A stretch of DNA of 64,000 bases from Chrysomallon squamiferum. Lineage: Eukaryota > Animalia > Mollusca. The stretch spans positions 19,158,001 to 19,222,000 of the forward strand of contig CM022677.1 in NCBI GenBank assembly GCA_012295275.1, written 5' to 3'. Each line of letters starts with the position of its first letter. Within the stretch, counting starts at the first letter, position 1. Shown piece by piece: positions 48,330 through 61,837 of this stretch. Under the pieces are notes generated by a model. That model saw only the letters and a list, made by a program, of their open reading frames with translations. It did no database searches and was not told the origin of the DNA. Made by a program: the position numbers and the translations under genes.

Positions 48330-48860
48330 ATCTTTTATATTATAAAATCGCTACATTATAAACATGTTTTATTTTAAATCGTTATATTATAAAACTGTTA
48401 CAGTGTAAAATCGTTATATTATAAAATCGTTACATTGTGAAATCGTTATATTATAAAATCGTTACATTGTAAAATCGCTACATTATAAAATCGTTACATT
48501 GTAAAATCGTTGTATTACAAAATCCTTACATTGTTAAATCGTTATATTATAAAATCGTTACATTGTAAAATCGTTATATTATAAAATCGTTTTATTATAA
48601 AATCGCTACATTGTAAAATCGTTACATTATAAAATCGCTACATTGTAAAATCGATATATTCATAATATATTATATTATAAAATCGTCATAATATAGAACC
48701 TTCTATATTGTAAAACAGTTATATTCCGAAACGGCTATATTATAAATTCATTATAATTGTAAAACAGTTATATTCCGAAACGGCTATATTATAAATTCAT
48801 TATAATTGTAAAATAGTTACATTCCGATACGGCTATATTATAAATTCATTATAATTGTAA
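48330..48860. repeat. 16-bp minisatellite (AAAATCGTTACATTGT) grading into a 49-bp higher-order repeat x3
   Basis: Visible directly; 49-bp units start at 48712. Confidence 0.85.
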
Positions 48861-49486
48861 AAGCGCAATACAATATTATCGAAATCAAATACAATATTTT
48901 AACAATAGTGAGTTAAGTAATACTCACCAAAATAATTTCTGCTACTATGTAATGTAGTTGTCTATGCTTCAATTTTATTTCCAATGAATACAAACAGGAT
49001 GAAACAAGGAAAATAAAAAAGTAATAACAATAACTAAAATATAATTGCAGTTAAGTTAAAGCTAATAAAATGTAATTTGTATGTCACCGCTTAGTGAAAT
49101 TAAATATATGACGTGAATAAATATACATATACATATATACATATAAATCATAAATTATTTTTATTTGCTGGTATTTTTTTTTTTTTTTTTGGTTGTTAAT
49201 ATGTATACCTATGCAGGTGTGTTACTTCGTGTGTGCGTGTGTGTGTGAAAAAAACATATACAAACACACACACACAAAAACTATCATGAGTTATTTTATT
49301 GATATCCCGCTTTTATATTCATAAGTCACGTGTTGAATCCTTTAATATGCTGTTTTAACTGAAAAACGTAAAAGAAATAAACAGAAATAAAAATAAAAAT
49401 AAAAATGTATTATTTGTTTTACTGACCTCCTTTAGTTATATTCATATGCTGTAATATTGTAACCTTTAATATGTTGTGCTTCAATA

Positions 49487-49568
<82 letters not shown>

Positions 49569-49814
49569 CACCAGGGCATTGCTATATATAGTAATGGGAT
49601 TATATTAACAATGATGATGATAATAATGAAAATAACAATAACGGTAACAATAATAATGATGATGATGATGATGATAATGACAATAATAATAATAGTAATA
49701 AAATCATAGTAATTTAATAAGATTAATTATAAACAAGTTATTAATTAAATTATAATAAATAAATCAAATTTAAACAAATTACAATGACAGTTGTACGAAT
49801 ACTGCTTTAAAACA

Positions 49815-50165
49815 TCAACAACAACAACAACGACAACATCTTATTATTAAAACATTTTATTTCAATCTGCAGCACTGATGGAAGGAAATCCCGACTTCGA
49901 ATCTCGAAAAAACTTTTACTTCTTTCTTGATTTTACTGCAACAACATCCCCAACAACAACAACGACAACATCCTATTATTAAAATATTTTATTTCAACTT
50001 GTAAAACTGATCGTAGGAGCTTCCGACTTCGAGTCTCAAAAAAACGTTTTCTTCTTTCTTGATTCTACTGCAACAACGTCACCAACAACAACAACAACAA
50101 CGACAACATGATATTATTAAAACATTTATTTCAACATGTAACACTGATCGTAGGAGCTTCCGACA
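49815..50165 (-). repeat. Triplication of VPS72 stop-codon / proximal 3'UTR segment
   Basis: Three ~130-140-bp units, each with TCAA..ACTGAT(C/G)G(T/A)AGG...CCGAC and TTTATT. Confidence 0.8.
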
Positions 50166-50592
50166 CTGTCACTGTAGGTTTTTCTTTCTTTCTCGTTTTC
50201 TCGCTCTCCAACTGTTGGGCGTAGGCAGTGCGAATGCACTTGAATGCCTGGACACTAGCGTAAGGCGTCTGCGTTACTGGGTCGAAGTATTTCGCTGGTT
50301 GCCTAGTAACCGGGCACATTTGTTTCACAGCGTACTTTTCTTTCTTCTTGGTGAACAGTTGTTGGAACATAGCGCTGTCTGTGAATGTGATGAAAGTTCG
50401 AGAACATCGGTTTAAATTTTTCGTTTCTTCCGTTTTTTTCGTTGTTGTTGTCGTTGTCGTTGTCGTTTTTCGACAGAACTGTTGAAAGGAATAAATAGAA
50501 GTGAAATAGAGACGATGAAAATGGAATAATGTTTTTTTTTTTTGTGTTTGATTTCCTTTTTTTGTTATATTTTTATATTTTTTTTTTTAAGT

Positions 50593-50664
<72 letters not shown>

Positions 50665-50678
50665 TTTTTTTGTTTATT

Positions 50679-50732
<54 letters not shown>

Positions 50733-50819
50733 AGTTGTTTTCTCTAGGATGTTATGATATAAATATCTGCCAGCCCCCAAAAATATATTTCAGATTTATT
50801 TTTATCATCAACAAGCTAA

Positions 50820-50862
<43 letters not shown>

Positions 50863-51270
50863 ATGAACGAATAAATGAACAAATTAATAAATAACTAAAA
50901 ACCGTAAATAAATAAATAAATAAGTAAACAGACCAACCAAAATAAAAAAATAAAACAACAACAACAAAAAGAAGCAAACAAAATCTATAAAGTGAACAAA
51001 ACAAAGAAACAAACGACTTACTTTTCTCCTTCTACATTTATCTCAGGTTCTGTGTAGGTTTCCTCTACCAGTGGCATTGTGACTGAGTGATAGCGAATAA
51101 CTGGTCCTCGATATACTTGCTTTGTTACTCGAGTCTTCTTTTTCTCCAGTTCCAACTTACGGAAATTCTCTACAAGAAAAAAAAAAAAAAAAAAAAAAAA
51201 TTTTTTTTTTTATAATTAAAATAAATTAAAAAACAAAATTTAAACAAAATAAAAAATTAAAAATGAATTA

Positions 51271-51301
<31 letters not shown>

Positions 51302-52105
51302 TATATAAGTATAAAAATTTTAAATTTTATAATTATGATTTTTATATAAAAATGATAATAACTAAAGTAACAAAGTGATGATAATGATAATAACAGAAAC
51401 AACAATAATGAATATGATGATGTGATAAAAATAAAAGTTAATAAATAAAAAAATATTAATGATCATTTGTTTCAAGTGAGAATATTCTACAGTAGCTTAG
51501 TCCTGTTGAGTAAAGACTTATAACTTCTTCAGAAGGAAAATAAAATAAAAGCTTTATTCTTAAGAATGTTAGAATTAAAATTAAAATAATATCATTAAAC
51601 AAATGTTTGATATCCAAAAATAAATGATAGAAAAATAATCAATTTGTTCTTGTGATGTCATTAAAAAAATGTTTAATATACAATAACTGATGACAGAAAA
51701 TTAAATGGTGGGTTCAAGCAATATCAAAAAAAAAAACATGTCTGACATCATGATGAAAGAAATTAATTAAAGTGATAGTGACTGTATTTATAAATACAAA
51801 TTACATAAGAAACAAAAACAAAGTTAATTGGTTCTTTTTTGTGATGCAGGCAAGAATAGGAGAGAAACTGCAGCAGTTTGTCTCCTTGACAACCAACTCT
51901 TTTATACTGTCCACAACTAAAATACTGCCATTTCAGTATTCCCCCATCATGTCATAACTAAACTTTGGTAACAGTAAATGTATCTAAAATTTCTACAAAA
52001 TTATAGATGTTAAACACTTTCTACTGGTTCAGTTTTTTTTATGTCACTTTTGCTTCATTGAACAATTCTGCTTGCATACTTACTCCCAATTAATCATAAA
52101 CAAAA

Positions 52106-52136
<31 letters not shown>

Positions 52137-55100
52137 TCCATTTTAACAAAAATTTCTACAAAATTACAACCATTACCTAGACTCTGCTGATAAAAAATTT
52201 TCTATCATTTTTGCTTCATTCAAAAATTCTTCTTGCAAACTGACCTCTCTATCTAGATATAGCCATTTGAGGTCCCATCATAAAACAACTAAACTTTAAT
52301 AATAATCAGTTTTAACGGAAATTTCTAGAAAACTTCAAATGTTACATAGACTCTGTTGATTCAATTTTTCTGTAATTTTTGCTTCTTTCAAAAATGATAC
52401 TTACAACCTGATCCCCAACTAATCATAAACAAAACTAAAACTTTTAAAAAAACATAATCAAATTTAACAGAAATTTCTAGAAATGTTGATTCAGTTTTTC
52501 TGTCAGTTTTGCTTCATTCAAAAATTCTTCTTGCAAAATTGACCTCTATATCAAGATATAACCATTTGAGATCCCATCATAAAAAAACCCGAAACTTTAA
52601 TATTAACCAATTTTAATGGAAATTTCTAGAAAACTTCAAATGTTACATAGACTCTGCTGATAAAAAATTTTCTATCATTTTTGCTTCATTCAAACATTCT
52701 TCTTGCAAACTGACCTCTATGAACATATAACCATTTGAGATCCCATCATAAACAAAACAAAACTTTTTTTTTAAAAATAATCAAATTTAACAGAAATTTC
52801 TAGAAAACTACAAATGTTACCCAGACTCTGTAATTTTTGCTTCATTTAACAATTCTACTTACAACTTGACCCCTAACTATTCATAAACAAAACTAAACTT
52901 TTAAAAAGTAATAATAAAATTTAATAGAAATTTCTAAAAAACTACAAATGTTACCCAGACTCTATCAAGATATAACCATTTGAGGTCCCATCATAAACAA
53001 AAAAAAACTTTTATAAAAAATAATCCATTTTAACAGAAATTTCTAGAAAACTACAAATGTTACCCAGACTCTATCAAGATATAACCATTTGAGGTCCCAT
53101 CATAAAAAAAAAAAAAATTAAAAAAAAAAAAAAAAATCCAAATTTAACAGAAATTTCTAGAAAACTACCCAGGCTCTGTTGGTTCAGTTTTTCTGTCAGT
53201 TTTGCTTCTTTCAACAGCTCAGCCTGAGTCAGACGTCTGACGCTGGAGACGTTTTTACGAGACGCAATCTCTCTCATCATCTTCATTTTGTGTTCCCGCT
53301 CTTTCTGGTTCTGGGTGGCCTGTTCCGTTTTCAACTGCGTTGACTGCCGTTTTGATTTCCTTTCTGTGATAAGAAATTTTAGTATTAGAGTTTTTTTAAG
53401 TGTGAAAAAAATAAAAAATAAAAAAATAAATGTGTTCAAGGTTTTCTTATTTTCTTGATTTTAGTGACTTCATTAGTATTAGAATTAATTTTATAAGAAG
53501 AAAAAAATTGACATCTTGATATTCTTATTTTCTTCATTTTAGTGACTTCATTAGTATTAGAATTAATTTTATGTGAAAAAATAATAATAAATTTTTTCTT
53601 ATTTTCTTGATTTTAGTGACTTCAAGTATTAGAATTAATTTTATATGAAAAACAAAAAAACAAAAAAATAAAAATGACGTCTAGATATTCTTATTTTCTT
53701 GATTTTAGTGTTTGACTTCAAGTAAATAAAAACAATGTAGACCTGATATTTTAATTGTCTTTCTGGAAAACGAAAATAAAGTACAAAAGAGAATTATTTT
53801 TCTACAACATTAAATAAATTATTAAATAAATAAAACGATAGAGGTTGACATTCTAATTTTTGTTCCAAATTATTTATCTCCCTATAATGTAGATTGTTCT
53901 CTTGATTTTTTTTTGAGAAAAGAAACTTAATTTTTAGTTTGAGGTTTAAATAGCATTATGTGTCTATCACATAAAACAAACTGATAAATAAATCAAACAA
54001 TGTAGACTGAAATCTTGATTTTCATTCAGGAACAGAAAATAATTTTCTGTATTAAATTAAAAAGCTATAAACCAGGAAAGTAAATAAACAAATAAAACAG
54101 AATAATTTCTCTACGACATTAAATAAACTGTTAAATGAATAAAACAATACAGATGAAAGAAAAATGTTAACGAATAAAATGTTCTGAAAAAATAAATAAA
54201 ATATGTCTTAACTGAAAATTTATTAGACTAATAATAAATTTATATACAAAATGTTATCAAATACATTACCTTATGCAAGTTCATTACTAGAAACCTTATT
54301 ATACTAAGAAAACTAAAAATTCAGGTAAATAATACTAACTAATGTATGCCACAATAAGAATACAATTTACTGTAAAACCCAAGTATAATGTATGCCACCA
54401 TGACAGTTAAATGTAAAACCAACTATTATGTATGCCACCATAACAAAACAATTTATTGTACAGTCCTTTTTTTTAAAATGTGTTTTTAACTTTATTTGTC
54501 AATCTCCAAATGAAGCCTGGCAACTGTACTAATCTAACAAAGAATATTTTTTATTATTAACTTATTACACTGTTTTTATTAAATTAATTTCAAGAATATG
54601 TTGACATTTTAATTTCCTAGAGTGTATCTTCATCGTTTAATTTTTTAAAAATTAAAAATAAATAAAAATTAAAAAAAATAATTACCACAAAAGGGAAATA
54701 TTTATACAGGAGATTTTACAATTTTCAAAATTAAAAAAAAATTAAAATAAAATAAAAATAATTACCACTAAAATGATATATTTGTACAGGAGATTTTTCC
54801 ATTTTTGATTTCTTCTTTGGAACAACTTTCTGTTCCTTTGGCGCTGGTTTTGTAAGTGGTTCCTGAAATATAAAAAATATTTTAAATTTTTTAAAATTGT
54901 TTCATCCCCTCAGTCTAAATGCATTTGTTTCTTTTTTTGGGGTAAATGGTGCCAAAAATAAAAAAACATTTTTATTTTTTATTTCAAATTTCCGACTAAA
55001 TGCAGTTTTGCTCTTTAAGCAATTTTTCTTATAATCAGTTCCTGGAATGTTAAAAATAATTTTTTTTTTTTTCTTCTCACAAATCTAAACCTAATTGCTG

Positions 55101-56737
55101 TTTTTTTTTTCTTCTTTTTTTTTTTTGAATTTCTTTTGTAAATGGTTTCTAAAACAAAAAAATATTCTTCTTTTTTTTTTTCTTCTCACAAATCTTAATC
55201 TAAATTAATTTTTTTTATTATTCATTTTTTTTTATGGCATTTCTTTTGTAAGTGGATCCTAATCTGACCAAACTGTGAACAGCATATTACAATATTTATC
55301 ACCTGACCTATCTATCCCTTCTGACAAATCATTAGAAATTCAAGTATGAATCTAATTGTATAGAAAATTGTATGTTGTAATGAAAATGACTGTTTAGAAC
55401 AGGGGTGTCCTCAATGTCAATCACCAATGTAGTGTGGGTAGATTGTGCACCATTTAGTGCAAGTGATCAGAGTAAGGTAGTGACCACAAATGTATTCACT
55501 TGTATTGCACACTAAGAGTTCATTCAGTGATGCAAGGTGCACCAAGATATACTACATATATAAAAAATACTCAGTACACATATAAATATATTTAGCATTT
55601 TTTAATGCAGGGAGAACGTTTTGATCAGGTTGTTTTTAAAAGTGGTTCGCAGGCTGAAAAAGTGTGGACACTGGTTGAGAATATCTGCTAGCCCTGAAGT
55701 CAATCATTTGTTAAAAAACAAAATTAATAAATCGAAATGTGAATCTAATGAAGTAGAAAATTGTGTTTTATAAATGGAAACGATTGCTTAGAATATCAGT
55801 GATACGGAAATTAATCCAAGCTAACAAATCATATGTAAAAAAAAATCATCAGTTACCTGATTCAGCTGGAAATGATATACTATGGTCAAAATGGCTTCTT
55901 TCGTTTGACATTCCAGCCTATTTCGGAATAATACTGATTATCTCTGTAGTGTTGAATATTTAATTTACATATCAGAATTGTGACACAGTTTAATATTTTA
56001 AAAAAAATAAAAAACCTTGTATGCTTTTGTGTCGATTCCTCTCTTCTTTCTTTTCGGTTCATCAGCGTCCTCAACGTCACTGCGTACTTCATCCTGTTCA
56101 TCGATGTCGAAGTCGGAATCAACAACATCAGATGGAGAGTCCTCCGATTCAAAATCTTTGTCCTCGTCTTCCTGTTAAATAAATAAATAAATAAATAAAA
56201 GAATAAATAAATAAATAAATAAATAAAAGAATAAGTAAATAAATAAAAGCATAAATCAAAGCATAAATCAAAAAATAAATAAATAAATAAGTGCACTTAA
56301 TTAAGCTTGGGTAGCAAAAAAGACAAAATAATAAAAATAATAATAAAACTGCAGACACAAAGTAACTTGGAAATATTCACTGCAGAATTAGACTATTTCT
56401 CCATATCACCAAAGGTATACTTCAATTAAGACAGCACATCATACAAAATGTTGTTTTTTTGTTTTTTTTAAAAAGCGAAAAATCCAGAAGACCTTTAATT
56501 AACACTTGACAGCTAAAACAACAAATACAACATAACACAAAAATATGCACTAAATGTTATTTACACTATTTCTTTGTAAGAAAAAAACTTTAATAATAAA
56601 TGTTTAATAAAAAGATAAGTTTAGACCTCATCAAAGCCCCCGTACGTTGTCTTGTAAAAATCATCTTCTTCCTCATCTTCTAGAAGTCGAGACATTTTAT
56701 TCCCAGCATTCACTCGCCTTTCTCGTGTGGCAGCCAT
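50131..56737 (-). CDS. VPS72: Vacuolar protein sorting 72 homolog / YL1 (H2A.Z chaperone of SRCAP/TIP60), ~351 aa
   Basis: Exons 56737-56627, 56171-56016, 54862-54766, 53363-53169, 51169-51022, 50478-50131. Motifs: NAGNKMSRLLEDEEEDDFYKTTYGGF, VDSDFDIDE, TKAYKEP, LTQAELLKEAKLTEKLNQQSL, GPVIRYHS, CSRTFITF, and YL1_C domain CPVTRQPAKYFDPVTQTPYA. One-nt phase discrepancy at the last junction. Confidence 0.95.
52000..53168 (-). repeat. Tandem array derived from the 3' end of VPS72 exon 4 plus donor and intron start
   Basis: About 6-8 units (~80-170 bp) sharing TTTTGCTTC(A/T)TT(C/T)AA, CATAAACAAAA, TTTAACAGAAATTTCTAGAAAACT and TTACC(C/T)AGACTCT. Confidence 0.85.
55400..55673. mobile_element. hAT-type MITE in VPS72 intron
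   Basis: Ends CAGGGGTGTCC ... GTGGACACTG, flanked by an 8-bp near-perfect target-site duplication GTTTAGAA / GTTGAGAA. Confidence 0.7.
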
Positions 56738-57743
56738 ATTTGTTTTGTTTTCGTTTAATTTCTCTTTCTTTGTATTTTGAAGAAGGAAAAACTGGTGATG
56801 GAGCTAAAAGTGAAAAGAAAAATTACTGTTGTTTGACTAGTTGATTAATAAAAAAAAAAACAATAAAAAGTAGAAATGTATTTCATAGATGTATAAAATT
56901 AAACTAACACACACACACACACACACACAGAGAGAGAGAGTGAGAGAGAAAGAGAGATAAAGAAAGAGATAGAGACAGACAGAAAGATAGAAAATGAGAC
57001 AGACTAAAAAATTCATTAACTGTTATTTTATTTATGTTATAATGCATAAAGTTATATAGATTTAACAAGTTTATATTATTACAAATTATCCAGAAGTAAG
57101 AAGCTTTGGCAAAACCACATTTGTACTTCAGCTGATGCCTATGGTAAACTAACAACAACAACAATAATAAGATGATGAATAACAATTATTTATTTATAAT
57201 TATACACTTATTTAATAAGAGATAACATAACATTTTCTTTGCACTACTGAAACTTCTCTATAACCTAAAGACTATGTTAAATAGTATTTATTACTAAAAT
57301 ATATGACCATACTCAACAGATTTGGTTAATTTCATGTTCGCTTCACAGTCAAAGATTCATACTATTAAATTTTGTTCCCATTCTTTCTGAAATACATTTT
57401 CGACTTTGTTGACTACTAACTTACATTAACATTTCATTTTAATAACACTGACAAGAAAGTCGAGAATTAAGGCGAAAAGTTAATTACAGATATTTCCTAT
57501 TTCGTAATCGAACATACACACGGCTTTTAAAAATACAATTACATGTTTCTAAACAGTCAAAAATCATAGGAATATTTTTTGAATAAAAATAAAAGCATTT
57601 CTTACTCACAAATCGCAGACTCAAAACAACGAAAGCAGTCAATATTCACGACACTATAACTAATTTCCTGTTTAAAAGAGCTTTACAGATTATCTCCCCT
57701 TCACTTCCCTCAAATAACAAGTTTAAAAGGTAATAACAACAAC

Positions 57744-57790
<47 letters not shown>

Positions 57791-58060
57791 CTAATAATAA
57801 TAATAATCAGAAACATATTACAAGATGTTAAACATTCTCCCTGAGGGAAATAGAATTAAATAAAACATGGATTATATTTGTGTGTATGTGCATCTGTCAA
57901 CATAAGTTAAAAATTAATTTCGAATATATAATTTTATTTGTGAAGTCATAGAAGAGAAAAGTATTAGCTCTTTAAGTGAAACGGTTAGACTGTTCAGATT
58001 ACATGAGGATATGGCAACATTTGGAAATAAATGAATTTATTAATAGTGGGTTTGAAAACC

Positions 58061-58122
<62 letters not shown>

Positions 58123-58449
58123 TAAGACAAATACCACAACAACTGTTGCTACTACCACACCTCTAGTTTCATTGTATTTTTATAAAATTAATAATTATAT
58201 AAAGTTAATAAACCTTTATATAGCATCTGCCCTAAGGCAGTTGGTTGCAACCGTAAATAATAATATTTCTTCTTCAGGTGATTTTTCTGGAAGGCTATAA
58301 TATTTAATTCTTTTAAATTTAGAACCGTACATTTGTATAATTTTATATCTTATTTGATATGTTTTATTAAAAAAAAATAATAATAATAATTTAAAAAAAA
58401 TGTTTTGAACATGTCTGTTTAACTTCAACTGTTATATATAAAGGTATTG

Positions 58450-58740
58450 ATGACCACGGCTACCGTAAACATAAACATAACGTTATCGACCGGCATCATT
58501 AAGTTTTGTGGCGCCATCTTTAATTGTTATAAATTTATAAAATTATAAAATTATAAATAAATAATTATATATATATATAAAAAAATTTTTTTAATGCTTC
58601 TTTGATAATATAGTTAATTTAATTAAATGTTCTATTTTTTTAAATAATAATTTAAGATGGGCTTTTGCGACTACCACTCTGCGTCGTTGGCTAGCAACAA
58701 ATCATGTGACGCAACGTAGTCGTCTGCTGAGAGAAGAATG
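58450..58740. promoter_or_regulatory. Probable bidirectional promoter (VPS72 / unidentified + gene)
   Basis: Two CpG patches; YY1-type CGCCATCTT (58512-58520); X-box-like GTTGGCTAGCAAC (58686-58698); M-box/CLEAR-like TCATGTGAC (58702-58710). Confidence 0.45.
58738..58740 (+). CDS. Probable first exon of an unidentified + strand gene ending in the start codon only (ATG|GTAAGT)
   Basis: CpG-rich patch 58660-58740 followed by AGAATG|GTAAGT, a consensus donor. No convincing downstream + strand coding exon in the window. Confidence 0.45.
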
Positions 58741-58898
58741 GTAAGTAGAATTTTATTTTAAATAATTATTAACATTTTCTTTATTTTTTTTTATTTCTTT
58801 TTTCTTACCATTTAAAAATATAATTCATTCATTCATTTGTTCAAATTTCAGTTGGATAATCACTTTATGAAACATGAAACTAAAGAGTTCATTTTATC

Positions 58899-59202
58899 TC
58901 ATGGGAGATTTTTCCTTGGGAGCCTTCCTTCAGCTGCAGATTTGAAAAAACTCCACATTTAAAACAAAATAAATTATATATTTTATCAAACTATGGTGCT
59001 GTAATAGAGAAACTGTCACACTACAGAAGTCACATGTTACAATGTGGAATTTTGTTATCATTTTTTCAACATGAAAATTTCCATTAATATATTTAAAATA
59101 ATAGTATCATTTGTAACACACACACACACACACACACACATGCAGACACACACACACACACATGTATACATATACATATGCATATATATATCTATCTATC
59201 TA

Positions 59203-59240
<38 letters not shown>

Positions 59241-59332
59241 CACATTATATACATACACAATTATATAAAATTAAATGTGTGCATGTGGGCCAAAGTTAAT
59301 GGTTACAACTAAATGAGATTTTTATCTATGGA

Positions 59333-59385
<53 letters not shown>

Positions 59386-59430
59386 AAAGAATAGAAAAAT
59401 GATAATGACAAGGTATTTATATTTATGAAA

Positions 59431-59465
<35 letters not shown>

Positions 59466-60070
59466 CAAACTTGTGTTGACCTGCAATCCACTGCGCATCA
59501 ACAGAGGGTGCTACTAGCAGTAGTATAACTGGCAAATAGCTCATCTGCAAAACAGGAAAAGTAATATCTTATAAAATTGGGTATTTTTTCTGCATGACTG
59601 CTTGCATACGTGCATGTGTTCCTATCTGTATATATCCATGTGACATTTAGACTGAACAAATAACACGAAAATGTCAACTTCAGTAACTTAAAAGATTCTT
59701 CCTTTCTTAACAAATACTGGGTCCAGCTTAAATAAAGGATTTGATATTTCTTATTTGTTGACTCTAGCAGTAACATATTGAAATGAAAGGGATATTGTAT
59801 GTCATGAGAGAACATGATTGGTAACAGTAAGAAACCTTAAGGATTATGTTAATAAAAGGATAAAGAAAAAAAAAGAAATGATGAAGTAAAGAAATAAATA
59901 AATAAAATTAAAGAGTTAATTCTTTTAAAAGCAATTAGATTTATTAACGGTATAAATATTATATCATTATTTATATTTGCATTAATAAAAACAGAATTGA
60001 AATGCAGTATTTCAGTTAGTAGTTGCGTGGTTAGATCACTGACTTTATTGCAGTGATCCATCAGATCCAT
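58899..60070 (-). CDS. Candidate 3-exon secreted micropeptide precursor (32-41 aa)
   Basis: Exons 60070-60044, 59544-59481, 58933-58899 with canonical sites and compatible phases (0,1) give MDLMDHCNK-MSYLPVILLLVAPSVDA-QWIAAEGRLPRKNLP*. Signal-peptide-like core with an VDA|Q cleavage pattern; AATAAA about 115 nt past the stop. Confidence 0.45.
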
Positions 60071-60227
60071 TTAGCAGCAAATGACTTTAATATGCAACAG
60101 ACAGGATTGTATATAACTATTGCCTGTTTTGTTCTGGTGAGGTACACTTGTTGAAATGAGAAATATCTCGGATTGTCCACAGCAAAGAGACACTTATTTA
60201 ATGACCAACGATTATTATTATTATTAT

Positions 60228-60258
<31 letters not shown>

Positions 60259-60730
60259 AGTAGTACCGTAGTAGTTGTAGTAGTAGTACCAGTTTATTTT
60301 TTCTTAGTATTAGGTATAATAATTATTTTACTATAACTAGTTTTTCATTTTTATTTTTATTTTTAAAAAACTTTATTTTTATTTTGTGTTTTGTTTTAAC
60401 TGCAGTTCCTGGAATTTGATTGGTTTCATATACTGATGCATTAAACTAATACACTATTGTTTTAATACTTGAGTTGACTTATGTGTTAAGAAAACCTGCT
60501 TAACTTTTTTTTAATTTTTTATTTTAAACTGAGGGTACAGCTCCTAAAACTATTTAGTATTTCAGTGCATTTGTTTAGGATGAAACAGCTTTGATATTAA
60601 TTTGATGGAAAATTATAAGATTATGTAGTTTAAATGTTCTGTCCTGTGTTTTTCTTTGAAACAAAAATTATTTTTATTCCCAATTATACTTTCAGTTCGC
60701 TGCTAATTGTTGTTATTTAAAATGTCCATA

Positions 60731-60779
<49 letters not shown>

Positions 60780-61837
60780 TATTATATTTATTTATATTTT
60801 TTATTTTTTTTTTTTTTTTTTATTGTCATTATTATTATCTAAAATTTTTATTTCTTTATTTATTTATTATTTCATTTAAATTTTTATTTTTTTATTTTGC
60901 TCTTTTCATTTTATTCCTTGGGTGAACTGAGCTCTGAGATGCACATATGAAAAAGATGTTTTCAGTCTTTATAGCTTTAATTTGAAATACATTTGAGTGT
61001 TCCACTGTTTATTATATATATATCTGTGGATTAAAGCTCATTATATTTGTCTGCTGGGTGCAACTATAGTTATTTACCTAACAAGACCAGATTTTAACTG
61101 AGGTTATTGTTTAAATAAAAATTAACTTTGGATATATAATTTGTAAAAAAAAAAAAAAAACAATTCGTATTTTTCAACTTCAAATAGACATGCAGCTTAT
61201 AATGTAGACATATGCATCTATTATTGTGTACATGTAAGTATGTATGTGTTTGTATACTCGTATATATATATATGTATATGTATATGCATGTATGTATGTA
61301 TATTTAGATTTGTATATGTGTGAGTGTGTGCATATACATATGTATATATATATATATGTAAGTAGGTAGGTAGGAAGGTAGGTAGGTAGGTAGGCAGGCA
61401 TTATTTTCAAAAGTCTTGTAAGTGACAAAATATTCTTTGTGATTTTACAGCAGTTGATACACAACATAAAACACGACATGCACAAATTGCATTCAGTTTA
61501 TTTAGTAATTTATGTTTTATTACTTCTTTTACGGAGAAAAATTCGAATAATCTGTTGCTTAAATATTTTGTTTAGGGAGCCATTGTACCTGCAATAATAA
61601 TGATAATAATGATAATAATGATAATAATAAGGATGATGATAATGATGATGATGATAAATAATGACAAATACAAAAGCAAATTTTTAGAATATACTTTTAT
61701 TGGTATTATCCTGTTCAATTTCTTATTTTTTAAACATTACAATAAAATAATTGCCAAATTTAAGCATTTATTTCTTCATTCCATATAAAGTATTTGAATT
61801 ATTTTCAAATGAAAATATAATAAAGCTTACATCTACT

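Noticed and set aside
58851-58961. + strand exon in frame with the ATG at 58738 (LDNHFMKHETKEF...LHI*)
   Set aside because: Would give only a ~37-aa featureless peptide and overlaps the better-supported - strand terminal exon; left unresolved.
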